This document shows, in pieces, positions 1 through 13,300 of a stretch of 64,000 bases of DNA; the first letter of the stretch is position 1; each line of letters opens with the position of its first letter. Below the pieces are notes generated by a model that had not been told where the DNA came from, did not search any database, and saw only the letters and a list, made by a program, of their open reading frames with translations. The translations under genes were made by a program, and so were the position numbers. This stretch comes from Chrysemys picta bellii (lineage: Eukaryota). Location: NCBI RefSeq assembly GCF_011386835.1, contig NC_088802.1, forward strand, positions 57,164,001-57,228,000. The letters are read 5' to 3'.

Positions 1-300
1 GTTGCTCCATTGTCTTTCTGGGTTCCCAAATTAAGCTGACTGGTCCATAATTCTCTGGACTGTCCTTATACCTCTTTTTATAGCTAGGTACTATAATTTG
101 CCTTTTTCCAGTCCTCTGGGATGTCTCCCATCCTCCCAGAGTTCTCAAAGATAATCGCTAATGGCTCAGAGATCGCTTCAGCCAGTTCCTCAAGTATTGG
201 AGGATATATTTCATCAGGGCCTGCCAACCTGAAGGCAGGTAACTTGTTTATCATGTTTGAAAAAACCTCTAACGCTCCTAAGATGTGGATTAGCATATCT
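1..300 (-). mobile_element. CR1 LINE ORF2 fragment (decayed, runs off window start)
   Basis: Minus strand translates GPDEIYPPILEELAEAISEPLAIIFENSGRMGDIPEDWKKAN, the CR1 ORF2 segment just before the RT core. Confidence 0.85.
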
Positions 301-1174
301 GATGTCATTTTAATAAACAACTAGGGCCCAGATCCTCAAAGCTATTTCTGCGCCTAAATTCCACTGAAGTCAATGTAATTTAGTGGCCTAACTACGTTCG
401 AGAATCTGGGCGTAGATAACTAGGGGGAAGCTAGCCTTCAAACCCGTGAGCCTGCATTTTAGTTGTATTAGGCTAACAAAATACTTAGGATGTATTTTTC
501 AATGGTCAGTGAAGACTAGCCTTAAGAGTCTTTCCATATGCCTCGAGGAAGTTGGGTAGGGCAAATGACAAACACAAGGGCTCACATATTTCAGCTGTGA
601 GATCTTGGCTCCTTTACAATATCATGGGAGTTACAAAGAGTAGAACAGTGCATAACTCGTATGCTTTTTGCTATATCCCTTCTCCCCAAAAGCATGTTCC
701 CACCGCGATTAGGGACCCCCACAAGCCAGTACGTTTTGTCTAGCAGCATAGGAGTTCAGAACTGGGAGAAAAGCAGGGGTGGGGAGACAGAAAGATCTCT
801 CTCTCTATCGCAGTTAGGAGAGAATAAAAAAAATGCAACCTTGTAAAGCATTCTACTAATGCATTTACTAGGATCTGCATGTCAGATTTTGGGCAAGTTA
901 CATTAAATTTTCAGACCCAAACATCATAGCCTTCCCACACAGACACCTTTGCTCAGTCATTTATTATATATTAAACGAACTACAGAGGAACAAAATACTT
1001 TTTTTTGCATTCCAGTCACATCAGACAGTACTAAAACAGTCAGTCAGAAGTGGTGACTGCAACAATAAAAAGAGTCCAAAGTTAACTGCCTTAGAGATCC
1101 CTGTGTCATTCCATGAGGAAGGGTCCACAGACCTCAGAAAATGTAACATTAATCCAAAATGCCCAAGCCAATTA

Positions 1175-1956
<782 letters not shown>

Positions 1957-2160
1957 GATGGCGGCTCCGCTCCGGGGCCTGCACTTCCGGCCGCGCTGCG
2001 CCGACGCCGGAACCGGAAGGGGCGGGCCAGGGCGTCAAATGAGAGCGCAGGTGCTGTACGCCCTGTTCTATAGGGCCGAGGCGGGGGGGGGGGGGTGCAC
2101 GTCTTGCCGGGGGCGGGACTTCCGGTACGCGGCCATTGAGATTCCCGCCGGCCCGAGCGT
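1957..2160. promoter_or_regulatory. Bidirectional CpG-island promoter shared by ALYREF and ANAPC11
   Basis: CpG-rich. ETS/GABP-type motifs at 1983-1990 (ACTTCCGG), 2013-2019 (CCGGAAG) and 2118-2125, and a GC box at about 2110-2117. A plus-strand donor GTGAGC at 2161 would end a non-coding ANAPC11 exon 1. Confidence 0.75.
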
Positions 2161-2220
2161 GTGAGCTGGGGACCGTTGTGTCGTCTCTGGGGTGGGGCTG
2201 CCGGGATCCTGGGGCAAGGG

Positions 2221-2470
2221 GTCCCGCGGGGGCGGGGCCGGAGAGATCCCGAGCGGGAGGGGCTCCCGGGGGCGGGGCCAGAGAGATCCAGAGGGGGAGG
2301 GGCTCCCGGGGGCGGGGGGCGGAGAGATCCCGAGGGGGAGGGGCTCCCGGGGGCGGGGCCGGAGAGATCCCGAGGGGGAGGGGCTCCCGGGGGCGGGGCC
2401 GGAGAGATCCCGAGGGGGAGGGGCTCCCGGGGGCGGGGCCGGAGATGTCCCGAGGGGGAGGGGGCTCCCT
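2221..2470. repeat. 40-bp GC-rich minisatellite, about 6 copies
   Basis: Unit GGAGAGATCCCGAGGGGGAGGGGCTCCCGGGGGCGGGGCC repeats in tandem, e.g. 2361-2400 and 2401-2440. Confidence 0.9.
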
Positions 2471-2507
2471 CGGCTTGCAGTGGTTCTGGGTTGTGCTGAG
2501 CTCTGGG

Positions 2508-2652
2508 TAGGGTGACTTCGTGACTAGATCACACAGGTGAAATATCGGGACGTGGGGGCAACAAAAAAAAAAGCTGGCGGTAGGTCGGGACGCAGGACAA
2601 ATAAGCAAATATCGGGACAGTCCCAATAAAATCAGGACGTCTGGTCACCCTA
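2508..2652. mobile_element. Non-autonomous hAT (Tip100-like) MITE
   Basis: Termini TAGGGTGAC...GTCACCCTA with a perfect 8-bp TSD GCTCTGGG at 2500-2507 and 2653-2660. Confidence 0.85.
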
Positions 2653-3301
2653 GCTCTGGGGGACCCCGTTAGGTGCGTGTCAGCCCCTTTCCCTGGGGGT
2701 GCGGGGAGGCCTCTCAGCCCTGATCCTGGCAGGAAGCAATCACGTGACATGCTAATAGGAGCTGCTGGGATCCATTTTCATTCTGTCCCATGGAAAGACT
2801 AAGGTGCCCAGGTCCTCCCAGCAGTGCTGTGAGGAAGCCTGGAGTAGAAGGGCAGGGGGCTCAGGCCTAGGCTCCTACTTCTCCTGCCATGGAACTGGCA
2901 GTCAGACCAGTTGTGTGACCTTGACCAAATTCCTTCCTCTCACTGTTACTCAGTTTCCTGATCTGTAAAGTGGGGGGTGCTGATCCTGGTATGCCCAGTG
3001 ATGGGGCAAGGTCGCTAAATGGGTGTTTGTGAACCAGGATAGAGGATCTGGGATGAGAGGCTCCTGAGGATAGAGGTTCACTAGTAACCCCTGAGCTGTG
3101 GGGGAGGGAACAGCCCATCCACATCCCATTCTGAACTGCCATGGGGAGGAAGCAATGCTGGTAGCCAAAGGAGGCTGCATTGCCCCTGGGGAGATGAGCT
3201 GTTTCAGCTGGGAAACCAAAGGATTAGAAATTAAACTCAATCTGAGCAACTGCTTCTCCTGCCAGGTGCTGACTTGACTCTGACACACACAGCTGGCCAG
3301 G

Positions 3302-3639
3302 ATGAAGGTGAAGATAAAGAGCTGGAATGGGGTAGCCTCTTGGCTCTGGGTGGCCAATGATGAGAACTGTGGCATCTGCCGGATGGCCTTTAATGGCTGT
3401 TGCCCAGACTGTGAGTAACCCAGGCCCCTTGCCCTGTGCGGTATTTCAGCCCAGGTGCTCCCTTCTCTCCTCATAAATTTTGTCTCTTTGTAGGTAAGGT
3501 GCCTGGAGATGACTGCCCCCTGGTGTGGGGGCAGTGCTCCCACTGCTTCCACATGCACTGCATTCTCAAGTGGCTGAATTCACAGCAAGTCCAGCAGCAC
3601 TGTCCTATGTGCCGGCAAGAGTGGAAATTCAAGGAGTGA
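3302..3639 (+). CDS. ANAPC11: Anaphase-promoting complex subunit 11 (RING-H2), 84 aa
   Basis: join(3302-3410,3494-3639) = 255 nt: MKVKIKSWNGVASWLWVANDENCGICRMAFNGCCPDC|KVPGDDCPLVWGQCSHCFHMHCILKWLNSQQVQQHCPMCRQEWKFKE*. The 83-nt intron is GT-AG. Confidence 0.98.
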
Positions 3640-5400
3640 CAGAGCCCCCCGCAACCAGCAGATCTACTTGGATTTAATGGGATGTTGTTACAGTGTTTTG
3701 TTGGGATTCAGCCCCTCTCTCTCCACACCCTGGAACAGCGAATTATTTATACAGCATCATATGTATCCCCAGCCCTTATAGAGAACTTTAGCAGATAATT
3801 CTTGCCCCCAAATAATTGACTCATTATAGGCAAAAAGGAAGCCTGGGGCAGATGGAGCAGTGGAGACATGACTGGAAGCATCTGCATGTTAACCTTTCCC
3901 ACCATGATGCTGGTTCCACATGCTGTCAAAGTTTTCAGCATTATTAATTGCTTCATCCTGGGCACAGTCAGTATTTCAACTTTCTCTGTGCCCTTATGGT
4001 CTACACAGTACATGTGGGCCTCAGTAAAAGGCCACGGGTTGGCCTGGGTACATCTCATGTTGGCCCTTTTATGATAATGGCTTCTTTTGCCATGCAGACA
4101 TGGGTCTTCTTTAAAACACCCTGGACCTGATTTTTTTAAGAGGTGCTTATCCTTCGCAACTCCACCCAAAGTCAGCAGGAGCTCAGAACCTTTGAAAAGC
4201 TGGAGGGACCTTCCTGTTTAAATAAAACCTCTCCCAGCTCTTGCATCATGGGAACCTTCCCATCCTTCTTCTCTGAAGAGACCTCTCAGGCCTGTCCTGA
4301 CCCTGCCTCCCTCCATTCTCTGAGAAGTCACCACTATCCAGTTATGTGGGTATTCTGTACCTTACTGGTGAGAGATGGTCACGTCATCTCAAATCTTTCT
4401 TTAGTTGAAATGGGATTCTTAGGGCCATATGCAGCTCTCCATCCAGGCTCACTGCTCGTAATGCCTTTGGCAACCATTTCCCCCATGCATCACAGGCAGG
4501 CTGGGCCCTGAACTGATACCTTCAAATACAGCAGTAGAGAAATGAAGGCTGTTGTGTGGCCAATAGGATAAGGGGCCTGCCTCCCACCACAACCAGAGGT
4601 ATACCCACAGGTCAGGTGTGCTGTTCAGCACCAGAATCATGTAAATTCTTTGAACCCAAGTTGCTTTGGGACTAGACCCCTTGCCAACCATATAAGTCAG
4701 TTTCCAGCTGTAATGTGGCAATCCCTGGACTGGTTTCAATAAACTCATAGCTGTGATTAATTTCTCTTCATGCTTTTTGCTTTTGAGCTAAGCGGGGAGT
4801 CTCCAGCGCTGGTCAGATACCCACAAACAGCAGAGAAAGGTTGTTGCCATGCCATCAACAAAGACTTTCCCTAGATGTGCAGCAAGGTGGCAGAATGTGA
4901 CCTGTGGCTTTAACTTAGCCATTCTAGCTGTCCCTGCTCTATGGAGGGGGCCCTGCACTAGCTTGGCACATTGCTCACGTCCTACAGACCAACTGTGCTT
5001 GATGCTTCATCCTTGGCAAAATCCCTCTCTGGTTTGTCAGTCTTCTCTGCCATGTAGGCCACCCCCAGGTGGAATGTATAATGGGAGCCTCTTAGTGTGG
5101 AACCTGGCATGTGATGGATGCTTATCAGTCTAGAACAAGGACTTCTCCTGGAAATGTGACATGAGGAGATCATTTATTAAATGGGCAGTGGGTGGGGGCA
5201 GAGAGTACAATGGGTCCCCTTAAGGATGGTTGAACCAAAGACACAAGGATCCCCCCTATGGAGGGGAGAATGATACACAATGGGAATCAATTAGTGGGAC
5301 CAAGAGTCTATAGGGTGGCTTCTCATTTCGGCCTGGTACCTGAGCCAGCTGGAGTGCAGCTTGTAAAACTCCTCACCTATTCAATCCCAAGCCTCTAGTT

Positions 5401-5880
5401 CAGAGGTGGGCAAACTGCAGCCCACAGGATTGCCACCCCCGTGGCGCTGCAGACCCCGCGCCGCTCCCAGAAGTGGCCAGCACCATGTCCCTGTGGCCCC
5501 GGGAACGGGGAATTGCAGCCAATGGGAGCTTCGGGGGAGGTACCCTCAGGGATGTGATGCTGATCGCTTCCACTGTGCGCCATTGCCACCCCGGAGCCAC
5601 TCCAGATAAGCGGTACCTGGCTGGAGCCTGCACCCCAACTCCCACCTGCACCCCCAACCTCCTGCCCTGAGCCCCCGCTGCACTCCGCACCCTCTCCTGC
5701 ACCCCTACCCTGAGCCCCCTATACACCCTGCACCCCTCCTGTGCCCCAACCCCTTGCCCTGAGCCCCTTCCAGCACTCTGCACCCCTCCCACACCCTTGC
5801 CCCAGCCCTACATTCATGGCCCTGCATGCAATTTCCCCACCCAGATGTGGCCTTTGGGCCAAAACGTTTGCCCACCCCTG
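5401..5880. mobile_element. hAT (Charlie-like) non-autonomous DNA transposon
   Basis: TIRs CAGAGGTGGGCAAAC...GTTTGCCCACCCCTG. Flanks CTCTAGTT / TCCTAGTT form a degenerate 8-bp TSD. Confidence 0.75.
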
Positions 5881-6192
5881 TCCTAGTTCAATGCTGTGCC
5901 CTCTCTCAGGTGGCCATTTGTATGCGCACACACAGGTTCTGTCTGATCCACTAGAGGGCACCAGAAACCAGCCAACAGTGATGTTGGTGACTAACTGTTC
6001 GCCTCGCCCTGCCATTCACTTAGTGCAAACGGGGACACAAGGGGGCACAGCAGCACATGGGTGCTCAGTACGCTCCAGAAACCATGTGCGCCATCACCAC
6101 AAGCAGCACCAGTGCAGTGACCCGTCTGCAAGGGGGCTACTTCCTTGTGTAGGGGGCAGCTGGGGAAAGATCGGGGAGGTTGGAGGCATGGG

Positions 6193-7570
6193 TAGGGTTA
6201 CCATTCGTCCAGATTCTCCCGGACATGTCCAGCTTTTTAGGTTAAAAATAGCATCCAGGGGGGTGAAATTTGTAAATATCTTTACAACTCCAGCATTCTC
6301 CCCGCCCTGCAGAGCACGGTGCGGGTGATAGGGCGGCTGGCTGGATTGAACCACTGGCATGGTGCTCCAGCAGCCGGAGCCTCTCCTCCCCTTCCCCCTG
6401 CAGCTTCAAATCACTGGCCAGGCGGCCTCCGGCAGCTCCAGAGCTCTTCCCTCCTCCTCCCCATCCCCTGCTGCCCAGCGTGCCGCTCCGTGGGGAGAGC
6501 AGGGGCACGGCTGTTCTAACCTGCTTTTGCAGGGGGGAGAGAACCGCCCCGCAGCAGGGAAAACAGAGAGTTTAGCTCCTGTCTGGAGCCCAGGTGTCCC
6601 TTTCCTCGCGGGGCGCTGGTCGTGCCCTCGCTGGAACGGAGCGGGGGCAAGGGGACGGTGACTGCGGGTACTTGACCGATGGAAAGGACGCCTGGCAGCA
6701 GTAGCCGTGCCCAGCCTGGTGCTGGGGGATAAATTTTGGAGAAGATTTAAAAAAAACAAAGCCCCAGAAAGATGATGGTTAGAGGCCTTGGGGGGGTTCC
6801 CCCCATTAATGTCTTCTAAAGTCTCCCCACCCCCAGGCCCTCTGAGCCAGTTGTGGCTGTGTCCAGATGCCCCCTGGAGTGTGCTGCGGAGCCACACGGT
6901 AAGGGAGCCAGGGGGTTGGAGAAGGGGCAGGGGGGTTCTGGAGGGGGCAGTCAAGGGAGAGGAGTGGGGGGGTTGGAGGTTCTGGGGGGGCCTGTCAGGG
7001 GGCAGGGGTGTGGAGAGTGGTCAGAGCAGTCAGGAGACAGGGAGCCAGGGAGGTTGATGGGTTGGGGGTTCTGGGGGGGGGCAGTCAGGGGACAGGGAGT
7101 GGTTGGATGGGGCATGGGAGTCCCGGGGGTCTGTCTGAGGGCGGGGGCGTGGATAAGGGTCGGGGCAGTCAGGGGACAGGTAGGGGGTAGGGTCCTAGGG
7201 GGGCAGTTAGGGTGGGGGGGTCTCAGGAGGGGGCAGTCAGGGGACAAGGAGCAGGGAGGCTTAGGTAGGGGGTGGGGTCCTGGGGGGCAGTTAGGGTGGG
7301 GGGGTCTCAGGAGGGGGCAGTCAGGGGACAAGGAGCAGGGAGGCTTAGGTAGGGGGTGGGGTCCTGGGGGGCAGTTAGGGGCAGGGGTCCCAGGAGGGGG
7401 CAGTCTGGGGACAAGGAGCGGGGGGAGGGTTGGAATTCTGAGGGGGGCAGTCAGGGGGCAGGGAGTGGATGGGGCTAGGGTGGGGCTCCCCCCCTCTTTC
7501 CATTAGATGCAGGGTTCACAGTTTGGTTCAATGGCTCTCAGCGCCCCACTACACATTGCTCCAGCCCCCC
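6193..7570. mobile_element. Composite or decayed hAT-type repeat(s) with G-rich internal tandem repeats
   Basis: Begins with the Tip100-like terminus TAGGGTTACCA at 6193. Internal GGGGGCAGTCAGGGGACAAGGAGCAGGG motifs include an 84-bp direct duplication at about 7200-7370. Right terminus and TSD not resolved. Confidence 0.45.
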
Positions 7571-8166
7571 GTTGGAGGCAGCGCAGATACATGAAAGAAA
7601 GGGGGGGAGCTCCCAAGAGGGCAGGCCATCGCCCCAGGAGGTAACCTGACTTTACCGACCCCCAACCCGCCGCCCTCCAGCCCGGGGGGCACGTTACTGG
7701 CGGGGGGCCCGGCCAGCCCTGCGGGGATGGGGGGAGCGAGCCCCGGGCACCCGGCCAGGGCCGGGCATTGCAGCAAAGGGGTCTGGGGGACTCTGAGCTG
7801 CAGCTTGTGGGGCAGGGACTGTCCGTGTTTCCCGCCGGAGCAGGACCCAGCCCGGCGAGTTCGCAGCTTTTCTCACAACCACGTTCACGCCCCGCAGCCC
7901 TGGGAGCAACGAGAGCGGAGCGGGGTCCCGGGCGCGTCCGGCTCGACGGAGCTTCGGTTCCCTCCGCCCGGAGGTGCCGTGTCCGGGGGTGCAGGGCGAG
8001 CTCCGCCCACCCCTGCGCCCCACACACCCCCGGGCCCCGGTGACCCTGCCCCGCGCCCACCCACGGACTAGCTGGCTGGCGGCCCCGCGGAGCCCCCCAC
8101 GTGCGCCCGGCCCCGCCTCCGCGGAGCCCCGCGCAGCGCCAGGCGCCTCCCCCGCCCGCCTGCCGC

Positions 8167-8172
8167 TATAAG
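8167..8172 (+). promoter_or_regulatory. NPB TATA-like box within a CpG island (about 7700-8700)
   Basis: TATAAG 60 nt upstream of the Kozak ATG (GGCACCATG, 8227), preceded by GC boxes. Confidence 0.65.
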
Positions 8173-8226
8173 GGGCGGCCGATGGCAGCGCCTCAGTCGG
8201 AGCCGCCGCCGGACCCCGCCGGCACC

Positions 8227-8920
8227 ATGCAGCGAGCCCGAGCCCGCGCCCTGCTCTGCCTCGCCCTGGCCGCGCTGCTCGGACCGCCCGCCCAGGCGTG
8301 GTACAAGCAGGCGGCCGGACCCAGCTCCTACTCGGTGGGCAGAGCCTCGGGACTCCTGTCCGGGATCCGCCGGGCGCCCCACGTCCGCCGCGCCGAGAGC
8401 GGGACAGACAGCGCCGAGCGCCGCGCCGAGCTGCTGCCCCCCGAGCCGCCGGGCCCCGCGCTCCGGAGCACGGTGAGTGGGGGCTGCCCCGGGGCCCCGT
8501 CTCTGCCGCCTCCGGCAGTTCCGCGCCCCCCGCTCCTCTGGGGCCGGGCCAGCCGCCCCTCTAGGACCTCCCCCCCCCCCCCCGCAGGGCTAGGCGCCCC
8601 TCCAGCCTGCACCCGCAGGACCCACACCCCGGCGGGGCCAGCAGCAGCCCCTGGCCCCAGCAGGCAGGAGTAGGGAGAACCGGCTCCCTTTCACCGCTGA
8701 AGATGCAGCAGGTGCTGGGGCGGTGGGGGGAAGGGGTCCGTGTCCCCGACAGTTCTTTGCGGGCTGTAACCACCCACTTCTCCACCCCCAGGCTCTGTGC
8801 GTGAAGGACCTTGCCCTGGAGCTGCCGAACTGCCAGCTGCTGTCCGGAGCCCCCAGCACGATCCTGTGCAAGGCTGATGTCACCATCTCCCTCGACCCCT
8901 CAGACTGTACCAGCACCTAA
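8227..8920 (+). CDS. NPB: Neuropeptide B precursor, 124 aa
   Basis: join(8227-8472,8792-8920). Signal peptide [24 protein letters not shown], mature [32 protein letters not shown]-terminal ALCVKDL...CQ...[24 protein letters not shown] junction in phase 0. Confidence 0.96.
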
Positions 8921-8965
8921 TCCCCCCGCTATGGGGGGAGCAGCACCCTATCGTCTGCAGCTGAC

Positions 8966-8971
8966 AATAAA
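8966..8971 (+). terminator. NPB polyadenylation signal
   Basis: AATAAA 46 nt after the stop codon. Confidence 0.7.
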
Positions 8972-9401
8972 GGCACCTTTAAACCATCTCATCTCTCTCC
9001 TGCTTGTCATGGGGGTGGGGGGGAGATGCCAGCCCCAGGAGCGCTCTGCCCCCACATTTCTGCTCACACCCACTTCCCCCTGGAGGGACCTGCCTTCCAC
9101 CCTGCTCACCCCTTGGGGATCCCTGAGGGGCTGGGCTAGGAGGGAGGGGCCACAGCTGGGAATTTGCTCCCCACCCCACCAGCCAGGGCAGGCTGAGCAT
9201 CGCTCCATCCCCCAAGACCACCTCTCAGTATGGGACCACTCACTGGCCAGCCCGAGAGATGCAGGACCCAGACCCCAGCAGCCTCCTAGTCACAGCATCA
9301 GGCAGTGATCTTACCTCCCTGCCCTGTCCCAAATGCCATCCATTCAGCCAGCTCTGCCCCCCTCCCCGCCTTTAATGTGCAGATGGGGGGTGGAAACAGC
9401 C

Positions 9402-9407
9402 TTTATT
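9402..9407 (-). terminator. Probable GNAV1 polyadenylation signal
   Basis: First AATAAA I found on the minus strand downstream of the stop at 10152. An ATTAAA also lies at 9371-9376. Confidence 0.55.
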
Positions 9408-10151
9408 TACATCTCACAGCAGTGACAGGGAGCTCAGAGTCACTCACAAGGGGTCTGGATCCAGGTCTCCTCCCCCCTGAAGGCTGGGAGAAGGCAGCAG
9501 GCTCCTGTGGGCAGGGGGGGCTTCCACCCCAGCCCAATTAACTGAGACGGGGTGAAGAGTGTGGGACAGAGCCTCTGCTGGGCCCCCTGACCATCCCTAG
9601 CTAGGGCTGCCCCAGGGGCTCAGGGAGAGGCTAGCCCGTGGTTTGAAGTTGGAGGCTCCAACTGCTCCTACAGAGAGCCTGCCCCCAGCACTGCTTAGCC
9701 CCAACCGGTTCAGTGTGGGGCTATTGAAAGGCGCCAGGCCACTCAGAGGTAGCACCCACCTCCCCTCTGTCTTTAACCTGAGCACTGTCAGGACACAGCA
9801 CAGGCTGGGGGCAGGAGCTGCTGTCATGGGGCAGGGCCCAGTGCAGAGTTAAATGGGAGATTCAAAGCACATGTACAACCCCACATGCCCCACCTCAGCC
9901 CTGCCCCTTAGGGATTAGAGTCACCATGCATGGGGGTAGTGCCACCTCAACCTGTGGGGGAAGGGGGGAGAGGTCCTTATCCCACATGGAGCCAAGTGGA
10001 AGGAGTTAGTCCCAGAAGAACAGAAGGCTTAGGGATGATGGTGCCAGGAGCCAGGCAGGTCCTTTGACGCCATCATATGTCCATCTGTAGCATACGGCAT
10101 CTCACTTGAACTCTAGCAGCAAGCCTCCCCCCAGCCGCACCTGCCTGCACT

Positions 10152-10342
10152 TCACAGCAGAGCTGCTGCCTCCAGGTTTTCCTGGATGATAGTGTCCACC
10201 ACCATGTGGAATACGCCCTGCACACTGTGTGTGTCTGTGGCGGTGGTGAAGTGGTGGTAGATCAGTTTCTGGGGGGTCTCATTGCACGACAGGAAGAGGC
10301 TGGCGATAAATCGGGCTGCAGCACCCACATCACAGTCTGCAC
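10152..10342 (-). CDS. GNAV1: Gv alpha exon 9 (C-terminus)
   Basis: (G)ADCDVGAAARFIASLFLSCNETPQKLIYHHFTTATDTHSVQGVFHMVVDTIIQENLEAAALL*, 191 nt. Confidence 0.92.
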
Positions 10343-13300
10343 CTGCAGGAGAGCAGATGAGGGCAAGTGAGATGGAAAATCTCCACCGCTTGCCCATGTG
10401 CAGCACACCCACCACACAACCTCCCATCCCCATAGCAGGCAGGAGAGAGCGCTCTCCCAGGGCAGGGTACCAGGAGAGGGCCATCCCCAAGCAGGCGTGG
10501 GGTGGACAGCGAATGTGCTGCTGCTTTTAACCAAATGGCAGCCCTCCTGCCCTATCTGGCACAGAGGGAATCCACTGACGGTCCTGGCCTAACCCTAACG
10601 GACGAGCCCATGTGGCTCACCGAGCCCAAATGGGCCAGCACAGGACACGGGCCCAGGAGCTCACCATCCAGAGGGGCACGAGGAGGCTGCGGCGGGGGAG
10701 CTCTCAGCAATGGGGAAAGTGCAGTTTAAGGGGAGGCTGGAAAGGGGAAAGTGAGGCTGTTCCAGGTCTTGGGGCACAGCAGGCATGAGACAGGGGAGAG
10801 GCTCAGGCAGGGTAGTCCCTGAGCGGGTGCAGGACGGCTGGGATGCAGGCAGGGCTTTAGTCAGAGTTGGAGGGAGGGGCAGGTCTGCCTTTATAAACCA
10901 GCCACCCAGTACTGAGGTGTGGCAATTTACTGCCATGGACACTCCTGGTGTCATGTCAGTCTGTGACATCACTGATTAGAATGGAGATGTCTAATCACAG
11001 GCAATGCTGGGAAAGGAACTTCAGATAGCAGGAAACTGGCAAAAGGTCAGGTGTCAGCGCAAGGCTTAATCCTGGCTGACTTCGGGGCCAGGTCGCCCAC
11101 TGCCTGCTCTGCAGCTCCAGGAGGGGGACAAGGTTCTTTCTTCAGGGGAGAATTGGCTCCAATCAGTGGGAGCTGCACTTGCCACCCACCCAGCTCTCCC
11201 AAGGAGGAGAACGGAGTCTGGCAGTGTTTTGAGACCACCCCTCAACTCCCCAGCAAACGCTGCTCTCCGCTCCTAGCTATTTATTTCAGCTGGGCTCAAC
11301 CAGCACCTTACACACCCTCTCCTTGTCTCCTGCTCATTCAGCCTCTCCACCAAGGGCTGTAACGACCCCAGCTTCCCTTGTGTGGGCTGACTGCCATTTT
11401 GTATTCCGTGTTGAAGAACCAGCTGGCCTTGACAAGGTCCGGTCTATTATGCTGCAGTCCAGCCAGGAGCCTGGCTCAAGCAAGGTGCTGGACTCGTAGC
11501 TGAATGACTGACTGAGGAGCCCTCCGAGCAATCTAGGACCATCAGCATGGATTGCCTCTCACTGCTGGTCCTAGCCGTCTCGCAAGTAACTCTCTACAGA
11601 TGCCTGACTGGAGGGGCAGGACTGGCGTTTCTCAGTCTGGGCACAGGGTTAAAGGGAGTAAGACTGTATTTTAGAGAGGGTGCTCTCAGAGAAGTGGGGT
11701 TATCACACGCCAGAAGTCTGGGCTGGAGGGAGAGACAGAAGGCAAGAGGGATTCAGCCTGGCCTGACATGCAGACTTCGGCCTCCCAGAAGGGATGAGCT
11801 CAGAGTAGGGGAGGGGGCATCTGAGGACTGTTTGTCAGTTTGCAAAGATTCATAACTCTCGAGCACTTATAAGAGTAAAGTGACTGTGGATAAGAAATCC
11901 CCTTGCTAAGCTGTGTTCCTTGCCTTCCCACCATGCTGCCCCTGAAGGGGTTAAACTTCAGCATCCACAGCTAGGTGGAACCTGGGCAGAATGTGAGAGT
12001 GACTAGGGGCTCCAGAGGGATGAGGCTGTAGTTTTGGGGACTGGGGCACTGGGGTTGCAGAGCCCCATGACTTAAAGAAAAGCTCACCAGGAGTGTGCTC
12101 TAGAGACCCAGAGCTTCGGGCTTAAAGCCAGGTGGATTGGGTCCAAGTACAACAGATTAGTGACTGTCCAGAAGAGAGGACTAAGCTGGGTTGCAACACC
12201 TGGATTTCAGTCCCAGCAAGAAGCACCCCTAGTAATGGTTCTGTCCCTTGGGACCACATGGCACCAACTACAGACTCCGAGAAAAGCCAAAGGGGCCCTC
12301 AGTGCAGATGTTCTCAAGGCCCAGGTGTGGGCTGTGATGCTCCACAGGACACAAAACCCTCAGCTCCTCGCCATCTTGTGGTTTCCCCTCCCTGAGCTGA
12401 GCAAGGCCACGCCCTGCAAGGTGAGGTTCCCGGGGGCTACGGCTGCGCAGTGCACTGTAGGACTTGGCCCTAAGGAAACCATTCCCCAGGGGTTTGCTCC
12501 AGCAGAGGGGAGGAGGGTGTTATAGTAAAGCTAAGGATTCATAGGCCCCAGAGCTCAGCAGCGCCAGGTAAACTGTCCCCTGCCCTGTAACTGCTTTGCT
12601 ACATGAACACATGGGACCCCAGCCCCCCAGTTAGCGTGTCATGAGTGTGCATGCTGCCCTGTCAGACCCCAGAACAGGGAGGCTGCAACAAACCAAACTT
12701 CCTAACACTGACCACTCCTGCCATGCCAAGGTCTGCAAAATTCAGCACTGGAGAGGAGCTTCCCTACGCTGAGGCTCTGGCTTGCTAATCTCGGCTCAGG
12801 CAGAGGAGCAGGAACTTAGAGACAAAATCCACTTGCAGACATTTCTTTTATAAAGACAAATCTAGAGAGGCAGGGAAGTCGTCTCAACCATTTCCCATCC
12901 TGCACCTGGCTCCCTACTGCTCACAGCACCCACCGGTCACAGAAGGGACCCCTGCTCATCTGGCAGTCTGTGCTGCGCCTGCCCCTTGTGCAAACCCAGG
13001 AGAAGGAGCAGCACCACGCCCTGCCACCTCAGCTGCAAAGCATCCTTGGGGAGCGCCCAGCGACAGAGCGGGGTGGAGGGAGCCTACCTGTGTACTGAGG
13101 AAAGAAGAGACGCAGGTGCCTGCCCAGGTGCAGGATTTTCTCTTGGAGAAGGTCGATTTTATTCAGAAACAAGATCTGTGAAAAAAGCAGGATGATCAGA
13201 ACCTGCCCTGGCCCTACACTCCTGTTCCCCAAGTCACCTCCTCCCCTCCCGACCATGGCACGGCAGCATAGACCCCACCCACCCCCAATGCCTAATCTGC

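Noticed and set aside
6853-7506. 217-aa Gly-rich ORF with a 28-aa duplication
   Set aside because: It is a translation of G-rich internal repeats of a transposon-like element.
8182-8226. In-frame upstream ATG extending NPB
   Set aside because: It lies only about 10 nt after the TATA-like box, so probably upstream of the TSS. ATG 8227 has Kozak context and begins the signal peptide.
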